Shown here piece after piece: positions 6,085 to 15,723 of a stretch of 32,000 bases of DNA. How positions within the stretch are numbered: the stretch's first letter is position 1; each line of letters begins with the position of its first letter. Origin of the DNA: Mucisphaera calidilacus (GTDB lineage: Bacteria; Planctomycetota; Phycisphaerae; Phycisphaerales; Phycisphaeraceae). The position numbers were made by a program, and so were the translations under genes. Location of the stretch: NCBI RefSeq assembly GCF_007748075.1, contig NZ_CP036280.1:1170001-1202000 (forward strand), read 5' to 3'. Below the pieces are notes generated by a model. The model ran no database searches, had not been told where the DNA came from, and saw nothing but the letters and a program-made list of their open reading frames with translations.

Positions 6085-9009
6085 ATGAGCCGCGGGTTCG
6101 TCATGCTGGGTCTTTTTGTTCTCGCGGCGCTCGCCGTGCTGGACGCCGTGCACATCCTTGGCGTCTTCCAGGCACACACCAGCCTGGACTGGCTGCATCT
6201 TCTGATTGAAATAATCCTCTTGGTGGGAATTGGTTACGTGATCCTGCGTCATGTCCGCAGCCGGGACCGGGAACTGCTGCGACGGCTCGACGAGCAGAAC
6301 GAGCAAGCCTCACTCGCCACCCAGGCCGCCAGCATGGGCGCCTGGCGCTGGGAGATCCAGAGCGACCGGCTGATTCTCGACGAGGCGTGCAGCGAGCAAC
6401 TGACGCTCTCATCAGGGATTACGCACCGTTTGTCGGACTGGTTCCATCGCGTGCACAAGCTCGACCGCTACGCGATCGAGTCCTGCGTGCGCGAGGTCGC
6501 CCGGGGCGAGAAGGGCACGCTGCGGACCGAATACCGGATCGAGGACGGCGAGGGGAAGACGCGTTATCTCCTTTGCACAGCAACGGTTGAGCGTGGCGAA
6601 GATCAGAAGCCGCGCTACCTCGTGGGCATGAGCTGGGATATCACCCGGCTCAAGGAGACGGCGGAGGAGGCGGAACGCAGCCGGCAGCTGCTCCAGCAGG
6701 TGGGGATCATGGCGCGGATCGGCGGCTGGCGTCTTGATCTGAATCCGCTGCGGCCGGTCTGGTCGGAGATGGTCAAGGAGATTCACGAAGTCTCGCCTGA
6801 CTACGAGCCGACGCTCGAGAACGCGTTGAAGTTTTATGCACCTGAGGCGCGTGCGATCGTTCAGAACGCGGTGGACCGCGCGATCGAAACGGGCGAGCCG
6901 TGGGACATCGAGGTGCCGATGATCACGGCGCGGGGCCGCCGGATCCAGGTGCGTGCGTTCGGGATGCCTCAGTACCGGGACGGCGTGTGTGTCTGTCTGA
7001 TCGGTGCGTTGCAGGACATCACGGAGCGTCATGAGGCGACGCGTGCGTTGGAGCAGAGCGAGCAGCGTCTGGACCTCGCGATGACGGTTTCGAAGCAGGG
7101 GCACTGGGACTGGGCGGTCGGTTCGGAGGAGGCGTATTTCAGCGCTTCGCTGCTGCGTGTTCTGGGTTACGAGCCAGATTCGCTGCCTCAGTCCTTCGGG
7201 ACGTGGGAGCGACTGCTTCACCCGCTGGATCGTGACGGGGTTCTGTCGTGTCTTCGTCAGGAGTCGGAGGATGCCCGCGACCGTTTTGTGCTCGAGATGC
7301 GGATGCGTAACCGCCGTGGTCAGTGGCAGTGGGTTCGGACGATCGGTTCGGTCGTGGAGCGTGACGCGGATGGCGAGGCGGCTCGTCTGGTTGGTGTGAT
7401 GGTGGACATCGACGAGCAGAAGCGGATGACGCACGATCTGGCGGTGGTCCAGCAGCGGCTGCAGCATTTCGTGGACAACACGCCGGCGGCGGTAGCGATG
7501 TTCGACCGGGACATGAATTACCTGATGGCGAGTCAGGGCTGGTATGAGCAGAACGACTTGCGGGGTCAGTCGATCATCGGGCGTTCGTACTACGACGTGA
7601 TGACTGACGTTCCCGAGCACTGGCGTGAGGCGCACCGGCGGTCGCTGGCGGGCGAGACGTTTGAGATGGACCGCGACTGCCTGGACACGGGTGACGGGCG
7701 GCTGCTGTGGATCAGCTGGCGTGTCCAGCCGTGGCGTGACACGTCGGGCGAGATCGGCGGCGTGATGGTGGTGACGGAGGTCGTGAACGAGCAGGTGGAG
7801 CACGAGCTGGAGCTTGCGGCGGCGTGCGAGGCGGCGGAGGCGGCGAACAAGGCGAAGAGCGAGTTCCTGGCGAACATGAGTCACGAGATCCGCACGCCTA
7901 TGACGGCGATTCTGGGTTTCACGGACCTGCTTGCGGAGGATGCTGAGCTGGATTCTGCGGCGGTTGGTGATGCGGTTGCGACGGTTCGTCGTAACGGCGA
8001 GCACCTGCTGTCGATCATCAACGATATTCTCGATCTGTCGAAGATCGAGGCGGGCAAGATGACGCTTGAGCGTCTGGACGTGAGTCCGCTGGCGGTGATC
8101 CGTGACGTGCACGAGCTGATGACGGTGCGTGCGCGTGAGAAGGGTTTGTCGCTGAGTTTCGATATCGAGACGGCGTTGCCCGAGACGATCCAGACGGACC
8201 CGACGCGGCTGCGGCAGGTGTTGGTGAACCTGGTGAGTAACGCGATCAAGTTCACGGAGTCGGGTTCGGTGGTGATGTCGGCGGCGTGGTCGGAGCAGAC
8301 GCCTGATCGGTTGTCGGTGGCGGTGCGAGACACGGGCATCGGCATGTCGCAGGTTCAGGTGGACCGGATCTTTGAGGCGTTCGCCCAGGCGGACGAGTCG
8401 ATGTCGCGTCGGTTTGGTGGTACGGGTCTGGGGCTGAAGATCTCGCGTCGTCTGGCGCACATACTGGGCGGTGATCTGACGGTGCACTCGGTGCCGGGCG
8501 TGGGGAGCACGTTCACGCTGACGATCGATACGGGGCCGATCAATCAGGGTTTGTCGGTGAAGCCGCCTGAGCCGGTGCGTGAGGCGGTGGGGGTTGCTGA
8601 GGCTCGCGTGCCGCTGGCGGGTGTGCGGGTTCTGCTGGCGGAGGATGGCGTGGACAATCAGCGTCTGGTCCGTTTCCACGTTGAGAAGGCTGGCGGGACG
8701 ATCGATGTTGCGGAGAACGGACGTCTGGCGCTGGAGGCGTGGGAGTCGGGTGGTCGCGAGGCTTATGACCTGATCATCATGGACATGCAGATGCCGGAGA
8801 TGGATGGGTATCAGGCGTCTCGTGCGTTGCGTGATCGCGGGTGGCGGGGGCCGATCATCGCGTTGACGGCGCACGCGATGTCGGATGATCGTCAGCGTTG
8901 CCTGGATGCCGGCTGTTCGGATTACGCGACGAAGCCGATCGATCGCGAGAAGCTTGTTGCGATCTGCGTGCGGGGCCTGGCCGAGTCGGACGACCGTCGG
9001 GCGGCCTGA
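6085..9009 (+). CDS. Hybrid sensor histidine kinase/response regulator (2 TM, about 4 PAS, HisKA, HATPase_c, REC)
   Basis: 974 aa. It has two N-terminal hydrophobic helices and four PAS/PAC-like repeats (e.g. GAWRWEI..., GGWRLDL..., GHWDWAV..., AVAMFDRDMNYL...). It has the H-box SHEIRTPM and the N/G1/G2 boxes (NLVSNAIKFT, DTGIGM, GGTGLGL). The C-terminal receiver carries DLIIMDMQMPEMDG and ATKP. Confidence 0.92.
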   Translation: MSRGFVMLGLFVLAALAVLDAVHILGVFQAHTSLDWLHLLIEIILLVGIGYVILRHVRSRDRELLRRLDEQNEQASLATQAASMGAWRWEIQSDRLILDEACSEQLTLSSGITHRLSDWFHRVHKLDRYAIESCVREVARGEKGTLRTEYRIEDGEGKTRYLLCTATVERGEDQKPRYLVGMSWDITRLKETAEEAERSRQLLQQVGIMARIGGWRLDLNPLRPVWSEMVKEIHEVSPDYEPTLENALKFYAPEARAIVQNAVDRAIETGEPWDIEVPMITARGRRIQVRAFGMPQYRDGVCVCLIGALQDITERHEATRALEQSEQRLDLAMTVSKQGHWDWAVGSEEAYFSASLLRVLGYEPDSLPQSFGTWERLLHPLDRDGVLSCLRQESEDARDRFVLEMRMRNRRGQWQWVRTIGSVVERDADGEAARLVGVMVDIDEQKRMTHDLAVVQQRLQHFVDNTPAAVAMFDRDMNYLMASQGWYEQNDLRGQSIIGRSYYDVMTDVPEHWREAHRRSLAGETFEMDRDCLDTGDGRLLWISWRVQPWRDTSGEIGGVMVVTEVVNEQVEHELELAAACEAAEAANKAKSEFLANMSHEIRTPMTAILGFTDLLAEDAELDSAAVGDAVATVRRNGEHLLSIINDILDLSKIEAGKMTLERLDVSPLAVIRDVHELMTVRAREKGLSLSFDIETALPETIQTDPTRLRQVLVNLVSNAIKFTESGSVVMSAAWSEQTPDRLSVAVRDTGIGMSQVQVDRIFEAFAQADESMSRRFGGTGLGLKISRRLAHILGGDLTVHSVPGVGSTFTLTIDTGPINQGLSVKPPEPVREAVGVAEARVPLAGVRVLLAEDGVDNQRLVRFHVEKAGGTIDVAENGRLALEAWESGGREAYDLIIMDMQMPEMDGYQASRALRDRGWRGPIIALTAHAMSDDRQRCLDAGCSDYATKPIDREKLVAICVRGLAESDDRRAA

Positions 9010-9014
9010 GTCGG

Positions 9015-10499
9015 TCAGGACTCGGGTTGTGAATCGGTGTTGTGTTGCTCGGGGGCGGTTTGGGTTTCAGGCTGTCGTGCGTGCTGGGCGGCTTCGTCGG
9101 CGAGGTCGACCCATCCCCCGCCGAAGGCTCGGTAGATGTCGATGAGGGATGCGTAGAGTTCAGCGTTGAGTCGGACCTGTTGGAGTTCGGCGTCGAAGAG
9201 GTCGCGTTCGGCGTCGAGGACTTCGACGTAGCTGACGTAGCCGTTGTCGTAGCGTTTCTGGGCGAGGGTGGCGTAGGTGCGGAGCGCGTCGACCTGTCGT
9301 GCCTGTGCGTTGGTTTCGTCGCGGGTGGTGCTGTGGGTGACGAGTGCGTTTTCGGATTCGAGCAGGGCGTTGAGCAGGGCGTTGTAGTAGGTGAAGAGGG
9401 CCTGCTGCTGGACGGCCTGTGCGGCGTCGACCTGCGACTCGATTCGGCCCGCGGTGAAGATGGGTCCGGCGGCCTGTGCGGCGAGCTGGTAGAGGATGGC
9501 GTCGCCGGTGGCGATGTTGGAGAGGTCGTCGCTTGCGATGCCGAGGACGCCTGTGAGTGAGATGGTGGGGAAGTAGGCGGATTCTGCGACGCCGATGGCG
9601 GCGTTGGCGGCGACGAGGTTCTGTTCGGCGGCGCGGATATCGGGTCGTCGTTCGAGGACCTGTGCGGGTAGTCCTTCGGGGACGGGCGGGAGGGCGAGTT
9701 TTTCGACGGAGGGTCCGCGGTCGATGTCGCCAGGCGGTCGTCCGAGGAGGATGGAGAGCGCGTTTTCGAGTCGTGCGATGTCGCGTTCGATGGCGGGGAT
9801 GGTGGCGGCGGTTCGTTCGTACTCGGAGCGGACCTGTGCGACCTCGAGCGCGGAGATCATGCCTTCGGCGCGTTGTCGCTCGAAGAGTTCGACGTTTTCG
9901 GCGCGTGATTCGAGGCGTTGTTCGGCGATGACGAGTTGGGTGTCGAGGCTTCGGATGGCGACGTAGGCGGTGGCGACGGAGGTGACGAGTGTGAGGATGA
10001 CGCCTCGGCGGTTTTCCTCGGCGGCCATGAGGTTGGCACGTGCGGCCTCGGTGGATCTTCGGATGCGTCCCCAGAGGTCGAGTTCCCATCCGACGGCGAC
10101 GTTGCCTGAGAAGAAGTCGCTGTTGCGGTCAAAGCCGGGTGTTCGTGCGGCGTCGCTGGTTTCGCGTGAGAGCTGCTGGGTGCCTGCTTCGAGCCCGTAG
10201 CCGACCTGCGGGAAGGCCTCGGATCGTGTGATGCCGAGTCTTGCGGCGAACTCCTCGACGCGGAGTGTGGCGATGGTGAGGTCGTGGTTGTTGGCGAGCG
10301 CTTCGTCGATGAGTGCTTCGAGCGCGGGGTCGCCAAACTGCGCCCACCACTCGAGATCGGTGCTGCCGAGCGTTTCGGAGGCGTCCCGTTCGCGCCATGT
10401 TTCGGGCGGTGTGGTTTCGGGTTTTTCGTAGTCGGGGCCGACGGTGCAGGCGGGCAGGAGGAGGGCGGCGGCGATCAGCGGGAGGACGTGCTTATGCAT
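9015..10499 (-). CDS. RND efflux outer-membrane factor lipoprotein (NodT/OprM family), system 1
   Basis: 494 aa. The signal peptide has the lipobox LLPAC followed by TVGPDY, typical of NodT-family OMFs, and the two-repeat TolC-like helical architecture is present. Its ATG (10499) overlaps the upstream RND stop by 8 nt (ATGCATAA). Confidence 0.9.
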   Translation of the reverse strand: MHKHVLPLIAAALLLPACTVGPDYEKPETTPPETWRERDASETLGSTDLEWWAQFGDPALEALIDEALANNHDLTIATLRVEEFAARLGITRSEAFPQVGYGLEAGTQQLSRETSDAARTPGFDRNSDFFSGNVAVGWELDLWGRIRRSTEAARANLMAAEENRRGVILTLVTSVATAYVAIRSLDTQLVIAEQRLESRAENVELFERQRAEGMISALEVAQVRSEYERTAATIPAIERDIARLENALSILLGRPPGDIDRGPSVEKLALPPVPEGLPAQVLERRPDIRAAEQNLVAANAAIGVAESAYFPTISLTGVLGIASDDLSNIATGDAILYQLAAQAAGPIFTAGRIESQVDAAQAVQQQALFTYYNALLNALLESENALVTHSTTRDETNAQARQVDALRTYATLAQKRYDNGYVSYVEVLDAERDLFDAELQQVRLNAELYASLIDIYRAFGGGWVDLADEAAQHARQPETQTAPEQHNTDSQPES

Positions 10500-13400
10500 G
10501 GTCTTGTTCTCCGCTGGCGGCCGCGGGTGCGGGTGCAGCTTGCGGCGGCTTCTGTCCGCGTGAGGTGGCTGAGACGATGAGGTAGTAGAAGAGGGGGACG
10601 AAGAAGAGTGCGAGGGTGGTGGCGGAGATCATGCCGCCGATGATGCCGGTGCCGATGGAGTGTCGTGCGGCGGAGCCGGCTCCGCTGGCGGTGACGAGGG
10701 GGAGTGCTCCGAGGATGAAGGAGAGTGAGGTCATGAGGATGGGGCGGAGTCGGAGTCGTGCGGCCTCGACGGCGGCGTCGAAGGGTGAGAGGCCTTCGCT
10801 GTGCTTAACCTGTGCGAACTCGACGATGAGGATGGCGTTTTTGGTGGAGAGCCCGATGAGGGTGACGAGCCCGACCTGGAAGTAGATATCGTTTTCCATG
10901 CCACGGAGGAAGACGGCGACGAGGGCCCCGAAGATGCCGAAGGGGACGGCGGTGATGATGGCGAGGGGCAGTGACCATCGCTCGTACTGTCCGGCGAGGA
11001 TGAGGAAGACCATGATGATGCCGAAGACGAAGGCGATGGCGGAGGTGGATCCGGCTTTCTTTTCTTCGAAGGCCTGTCCGGACCATGCGAAGGAGAAGGT
11101 GTCGGGGAGGACTTCGCGTCCGAGTTCTTCCATGGCGTTGATGGCCTGTCCGGAGGAGAATCCGGGTGAGGCGTCGCCTGTGACCTTGGCGGCGGGGAAG
11201 CCGTTGAATCGAGCGACGAGGTCGGGTCCGGCGCGGTAGTCGGCGGAGACGACGGAGGAGAGTGGGAGCATGGCTCCGCTTCGCTGCCGGACGAAGATGT
11301 TCTGGATGTCGGTGGGGTTGTCGCGGTATTCGGCGTCGGCCTGGAGGACGACGTTCCAGACGCGGCCGTACTTGTTGTACTGGCTGACGTAGACGGAGCC
11401 GAAGAGAGACTGGAGCGCGTCGTAGACGCCGTCGACGGGCATGCCGAGGGTTTCGGCCTGGGTCCGGTCGACGCTGACGAGGAGCTGGCGGGTGAAGGCG
11501 TTGTAGGTGGAGTTGACGCGTGTGAGTATGGGTTCTTCGGCGGAGGCGTTGATGAACTCGCGTGTTTCGGTGAAGAGCTGGATGGGGTCGTCGTTGCCAC
11601 GGTTCTGGATCCAGAACTCGAAGCCGCCCTGGGTTCCGAGTCCGGGGATGGAGGGCGGGTTGATGGGTATGACGACGCCGTCGCGTATGGCTTTGAGTTT
11701 GGGGATGGTCTGGGCGAAGACGGCGTTGATGGAGAGTGCGGGGTCTTTTCGCAGGTTGAAGTCGTCGAGTTCGACAAAGATGGTTCCGGCGTTGGTCTTG
11801 AGCTGGCTGTCCAGGAGCGAGTATCCGGAGATGGCGGAGGCGCGGACCACGGCGGGGTGTTCGAGGAAGAGTTCGGCGGCTCTTGAGGTGGAGGCTTCGG
11901 TGCGGTCCATGCTGGCGCCGTCGGGCATGATGACGGCGACGATGAAGAAGCCCTGGTCTTCAACGGGGACGAAGCTGGAGGGGACGGTCCGGAAAAGGGT
12001 GTAGATGCCGGCGAGCATGGCGAGGACGACGATGATGGCGACGGGCGCTGCCTTGACGGTCCAGCGGACGCCGACGCCATAGACGTCGGTGGTTCGGTCG
12101 ATGAAGGCGTTGAAGGCCTTGAAGATGGCGGGGACGGTTCCGCGGGGTTTGAGGAGCATGCCGCAGAGTGCGGGGGTGAGTGTGAGGGCGACGAAGGAGG
12201 AGATGGAGACGGAGACGGCGATGGTGATGGCGAACTGTTTGTAGAGGACGCCTGTGGTTCCGCCGAGGAAGGCGACGGGCAGGAAGACGGCGATGAGGAC
12301 GAGTGTGGTGGCGATGACGGGCCCGATGACCTCGCCCATGGCGAGGATGGTGGCTTTTTTGGCGTCGAGTCCGCGTTCGGCGATGTTTCGTTCGACGTTT
12401 TCGACGACGACGATGGCGTCGTCGCAGACGATGCCGATGGCGAGGACGAGTCCGAAGAGTGTGAGGAGGTTGAGGCTGAAGCCGAGGGCGAGCATGCCGA
12501 CGAAGGTGCCGATGATGGAGACGATGATGGCGAGTGTGGGGATGATGGTGGCGCGTACGCTCTGGAGGAAGATGTAGGTGACGAGGACGACGAGGATGAC
12601 GGCGATGATGAGTGTGGTGACGACCTCGTCGATGGAAGCCTGGACGACCTTGGTGGTGTCGTAGGTGACTCTGTAGTCGACGCCTGAGGGGAAGGCTTTT
12701 TTGAGCTCTTCCATCTGTGCCCGGACGTTGGCGGCGACCTGGAGCGCGTTGGATCCGGGCTGCTGGTAGACGGCGACGAAGGTTGAGGGCTGTCCGTTGA
12801 AGTTGGCTCGCATCAGGTACTGCTGCAGACCGACTTCGGCTCGCGCGACGTCGCCGACGCGGACAACGGCGGAGCCGTCGGACTCGGCGCGGACGATGAT
12901 GCTCTCGAACTCATCGGGTTCGTCGTATCGGCCTTCGGTGACGACGGGGATGGAGAGCTGGACGGGTGCGTTCATCGGTTCTGCGGCGACGGTGCCGGCG
13001 GAGAACTGCTGGTTTTGTCGGGAGACGGCGGAGGCGATGTCGCTGGGGGTGATCTGGAGGCTGGCCATGCGTTCGGGGTTGAGCCATATGCGCATGGCCT
13101 GGTCGGGCAGGCCCATGATGGAGGCCTGGTTGGCGCCCTCGACGCGTTTGAGGGCGTCAAGGACGTAGACGTTGGCGTAGTTGCTGATGTAGTTTTCGTC
13201 GAAGGAGTTGTCGGGGGAGTAGAGCGCGATGAGCATGAGGATGCTCGAGGATCGCTTTTCGACGGTGACGCCTATCTGGGTGACGGAGTCGGGCAGGCTG
13301 GACATCGCGCGGTTGACGCGGTTCTGGACCTGGACTTCGGCGGTGTCGGGGTCGGTTCCGAGGGCGAAGTAGGCGGTGAGGGTCATCTGCCCGTTGGCGG

Positions 13401-13650
13401 ATGATCGTGACTGCATGTAGAGCAGTGCGTCGGCGCCGTTGATCTCGGTTTCGAGGGGGGCGGCGACGGAGTTGGCGACGGTCTGTGCGTCGGCGCCGGG
13501 GTAGTTGGCGGAGACGGTGACCTGGACGGGGGTGATGTCGGGGTACTGGGTGATGGGGATAGCGGCGAGTGAGACGAAACCTCCGATCACGATGATGATC
13601 GAGAGGACGGATGCGAGGATGGGTCGGTTGACGAAGAGTGAGGTCAGCAT
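10492..13650 (-). CDS. RND multidrug efflux permease (HAE1, AcrB/MexB-like), system 1
   Basis: 1052 aa. The N-terminus FVNRPILASVLSIIIVIGG...ITQYPDITPVQVTVSANYPGADAQTV is colinear with AcrB. It has 12 predicted TM segments and two large periplasmic loops. Confidence 0.93.
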   Translation of the reverse strand: MLTSLFVNRPILASVLSIIIVIGGFVSLAAIPITQYPDITPVQVTVSANYPGADAQTVANSVAAPLETEINGADALLYMQSRSSANGQMTLTAYFALGTDPDTAEVQVQNRVNRAMSSLPDSVTQIGVTVEKRSSSILMLIALYSPDNSFDENYISNYANVYVLDALKRVEGANQASIMGLPDQAMRIWLNPERMASLQITPSDIASAVSRQNQQFSAGTVAAEPMNAPVQLSIPVVTEGRYDEPDEFESIIVRAESDGSAVVRVGDVARAEVGLQQYLMRANFNGQPSTFVAVYQQPGSNALQVAANVRAQMEELKKAFPSGVDYRVTYDTTKVVQASIDEVVTTLIIAVILVVLVTYIFLQSVRATIIPTLAIIVSIIGTFVGMLALGFSLNLLTLFGLVLAIGIVCDDAIVVVENVERNIAERGLDAKKATILAMGEVIGPVIATTLVLIAVFLPVAFLGGTTGVLYKQFAITIAVSVSISSFVALTLTPALCGMLLKPRGTVPAIFKAFNAFIDRTTDVYGVGVRWTVKAAPVAIIVVLAMLAGIYTLFRTVPSSFVPVEDQGFFIVAVIMPDGASMDRTEASTSRAAELFLEHPAVVRASAISGYSLLDSQLKTNAGTIFVELDDFNLRKDPALSINAVFAQTIPKLKAIRDGVVIPINPPSIPGLGTQGGFEFWIQNRGNDDPIQLFTETREFINASAEEPILTRVNSTYNAFTRQLLVSVDRTQAETLGMPVDGVYDALQSLFGSVYVSQYNKYGRVWNVVLQADAEYRDNPTDIQNIFVRQRSGAMLPLSSVVSADYRAGPDLVARFNGFPAAKVTGDASPGFSSGQAINAMEELGREVLPDTFSFAWSGQAFEEKKAGSTSAIAFVFGIIMVFLILAGQYERWSLPLAIITAVPFGIFGALVAVFLRGMENDIYFQVGLVTLIGLSTKNAILIVEFAQVKHSEGLSPFDAAVEAARLRLRPILMTSLSFILGALPLVTASGAGSAARHSIGTGIIGGMISATTLALFFVPLFYYLIVSATSRGQKPPQAAPAPAAASGEQDHA

Positions 13651-13653
13651 GGT

Positions 13654-14823
13654 TTACTCGATCGCTCCGTTTTCGGGATGATCGATGGGCACGAGGCTGA
13701 CGATGTTGACGGGTGTTCCGGGCGTGAGCCCGAGTGATCCGTTGACGATGACGCGGTCGCCGGCGTTGAGTCCCTGCTCGATGACCCAGTTGTCGTTGAC
13801 CCAGGGCCCGGTGACGACGGGACGTTGTTCGGCCTTGTTCTCGTCGTCGACGAGCCAGACGAAGGAGCCTCGGGGTCCCTGCTGGACGGCGCGTTTGGGT
13901 GCGAGGATGGCGTCGGGTCGGATGGCTCCGCTGGTGTAGACGCGGACGTACTGTCCGGGTCGGAGGGGTTCGGTGTCGACGTTGGGGATTTCGGCTCGGA
14001 CGAGGAAGGTGCCGGTCTGGTCGTCGACGGAGGCGTCGGCGAAGGAGATGTGTCCGGTGTTGGGGAAGAGGGTTCCGTCGGAGAGCTTGATGTTGACGGC
14101 GAAGCGTTTGTCTTCGGGGATGATCATGCTGCCCGAGACCTGAGCCTGTCGGCTGCGGAGGGCCTGTGCCTCGGAGACGCTGAACTCGACCCAGATGGGG
14201 TTGATGCGTGCGACGTAGGTGAGGGGTTCGGACCCGATGCCAAGGTAGGCGCCTTCGCGTTGTGTGGCGGAGCTGGTGAGTCCTTCGACGGGTGAGGTGA
14301 TGGTGGTGTATCCGAGGTCGAGTTCGGCCTCGAAGACGCGTGCCTTGGCGGCTTCGACGGCGGCGGCGGCCTCGCGGACGCTGCCCTGGGCGTCGTCGAG
14401 TTCTTTCTGGGCGACGGCTTCGATTTCGGCGAGGGGTTTGACGCGTCTGAGCAGTGCTTCGGCGTTTTCGAGTCGTGCTTCGAGCTGGGCGAGTTCGGCC
14501 TTAGCGGCGCGGAGTCGTGCTTCGAAGGGAGCGGGGTCGATTTTGAAGAGGACGTCGCCTTGCTTGACGCGTTTGCCTTCTTCATAGGCGACTTCGTCGA
14601 GGAAACCGGCGACGCGGGTGCGTATCTCGACGCGTTGTGAGCTCGCGGTTCGGCCGATGAACTCGAAGGAGACGGGCAGGTCGGCGGTCTCGATCTGTGC
14701 GACGTCGACGTCGCGTGGGGGGGGAGCGGGTGCCTGCTGCTGGTCGGATTCGGTGCAGGCGGAGAGCGTGGCGAGGATGGTGATCGCTGCCAGCGCGTTC
14801 AGAGCGTGTCTGAATGGAGCCAA
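13654..14823 (-). CDS. RND efflux periplasmic adaptor (membrane fusion protein) lipoprotein, system 1
   Basis: 389 aa. It has the lipobox LSAC, a coiled-coil hairpin (LRAAKAELAQLEARLENAEALL...) flanked by lipoyl/beta-barrel segments, and the GDVLFKIDP motif. The apparent start is TTG, with GAAGGGA 11 nt upstream. Its stop lies 3 nt before the RND start. Confidence 0.88.
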   Translation of the reverse strand: MAPFRHALNALAAITILATLSACTESDQQQAPAPPPRDVDVAQIETADLPVSFEFIGRTASSQRVEIRTRVAGFLDEVAYEEGKRVKQGDVLFKIDPAPFEARLRAAKAELAQLEARLENAEALLRRVKPLAEIEAVAQKELDDAQGSVREAAAAVEAAKARVFEAELDLGYTTITSPVEGLTSSATQREGAYLGIGSEPLTYVARINPIWVEFSVSEAQALRSRQAQVSGSMIIPEDKRFAVNIKLSDGTLFPNTGHISFADASVDDQTGTFLVRAEIPNVDTEPLRPGQYVRVYTSGAIRPDAILAPKRAVQQGPRGSFVWLVDDENKAEQRPVVTGPWVNDNWVIEQGLNAGDRVIVNGSLGLTPGTPVNIVSLVPIDHPENGAIE

Positions 14824-14877
14824 GGTTGCGGTCCCTTCGTCTGTGGTGCGGGGTCGCCCTTCAACAGTTTGCCTAGT

Positions 14878-15612
14878 TTAGCGAGTTGGCGGGTCGTGGT
14901 TCCGGGGTGGGTTGAGATCGTGTTGTCTGGAGGCGCTGACGAGTCCGACGATGCGTGCGATGGCGACGGCGAGGTAGAGGACGCCGAAGAGGGCCTGAGC
15001 GACGACGAGGGCGCGAGCTCTGCCGGAGAGGGGTGCGATGTCGCCGTAGCCGAGGGTGGTCTGGGTGACGACGCTGAAGTAGACCATCTCGGAGATCAGG
15101 CGTGTCTGTGGGATGTCGTTGATGTTGGTGAAGGCGTCGGGGTTGTGTCGTGCGATCTGGGTGTAGGTTCCCGCGAAGAACCAGATGCTGATGAGGTAAC
15201 CGGTGACGGCGGCGAAGACGCGTGCGCGGTTGATCTCGGAGCCGGCGATGACGTAGCGGAAGAGTTCGGCGGTGATGAGCAGGAAGAAGAGTGTTCCGGC
15301 GAGGTCGATGGTGTAGGTGAGGGTGGCCCAGTGTTCGGGGATGCGTTGCCAGAGGCTGACGAGGTAGAAGGCGGCGAGGACGATTGAGAGCGTCAGGAGC
15401 CAGCGGTGGACGCTGACGGCGATGATGGCGAAGGCGATGACGAGGGTGAGGGCGGTCTTGATGAGCCAGAGGTTGGAGCCGTCGACGTCGAGTTGGGAGA
15501 GTGCGGTGAGGAGGAAGAAGAGGATGCCGAGCAGTGCGTAGCTGATGGTTCGGTGTCTTCGGCAGAAGATGAGGAAGGCGGCGAGGAAGGCGTTGACGCG
15601 CTGCATGGGCAT
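14878..15612 (-). CDS. Potassium channel family protein (multi-TM, pore loop TTLGYGD, no cytoplasmic regulatory domain)
   Basis: It carries the canonical K+ selectivity filter VVTQTTLGYGDIAP between two hydrophobic helices, with about 5 further N-terminal TM helices that lack S4-like arginine repeats. The start is uncertain: TTG 15696 (track), ATG 15612 or ATG 15606. No clear SD precedes any of them. Confidence 0.75.
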   Translation of the reverse strand: MPMQRVNAFLAAFLIFCRRHRTISYALLGILFFLLTALSQLDVDGSNLWLIKTALTLVIAFAIIAVSVHRWLLTLSIVLAAFYLVSLWQRIPEHWATLTYTIDLAGTLFFLLITAELFRYVIAGSEINRARVFAAVTGYLISIWFFAGTYTQIARHNPDAFTNINDIPQTRLISEMVYFSVVTQTTLGYGDIAPLSGRARALVVAQALFGVLYLAVAIARIVGLVSASRQHDLNPPRNHDPPTR

Positions 15613-15723
15613 CAGATTAGCGTATCGGGGTGGTGGGGCAGCAATGTGAGGAGCCGTGGGCGAGGGGGTGTGACCCGGATGTTGCCGCTTCGACAAGCGG
15701 GGGGCTTGGTGGTTGCGGGGGGA

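Noticed and set aside
6412-8874. 820-aa ORF antisense to the hybrid histidine kinase
   Set aside because: Extremely Arg/His/Leu/Pro-rich and motif-free. The opposite strand encodes a complete PAS-HisKA-HATPase-REC protein.
15685-15700. Hairpin CCGCTT-cgac-AAGCGG between yqhA and the K+ channel as a terminator
   Set aside because: It has only a 6-bp stem and no U-tract on the transcribed (minus) strand. It also overlaps the alternative TTG start of the channel ORF.
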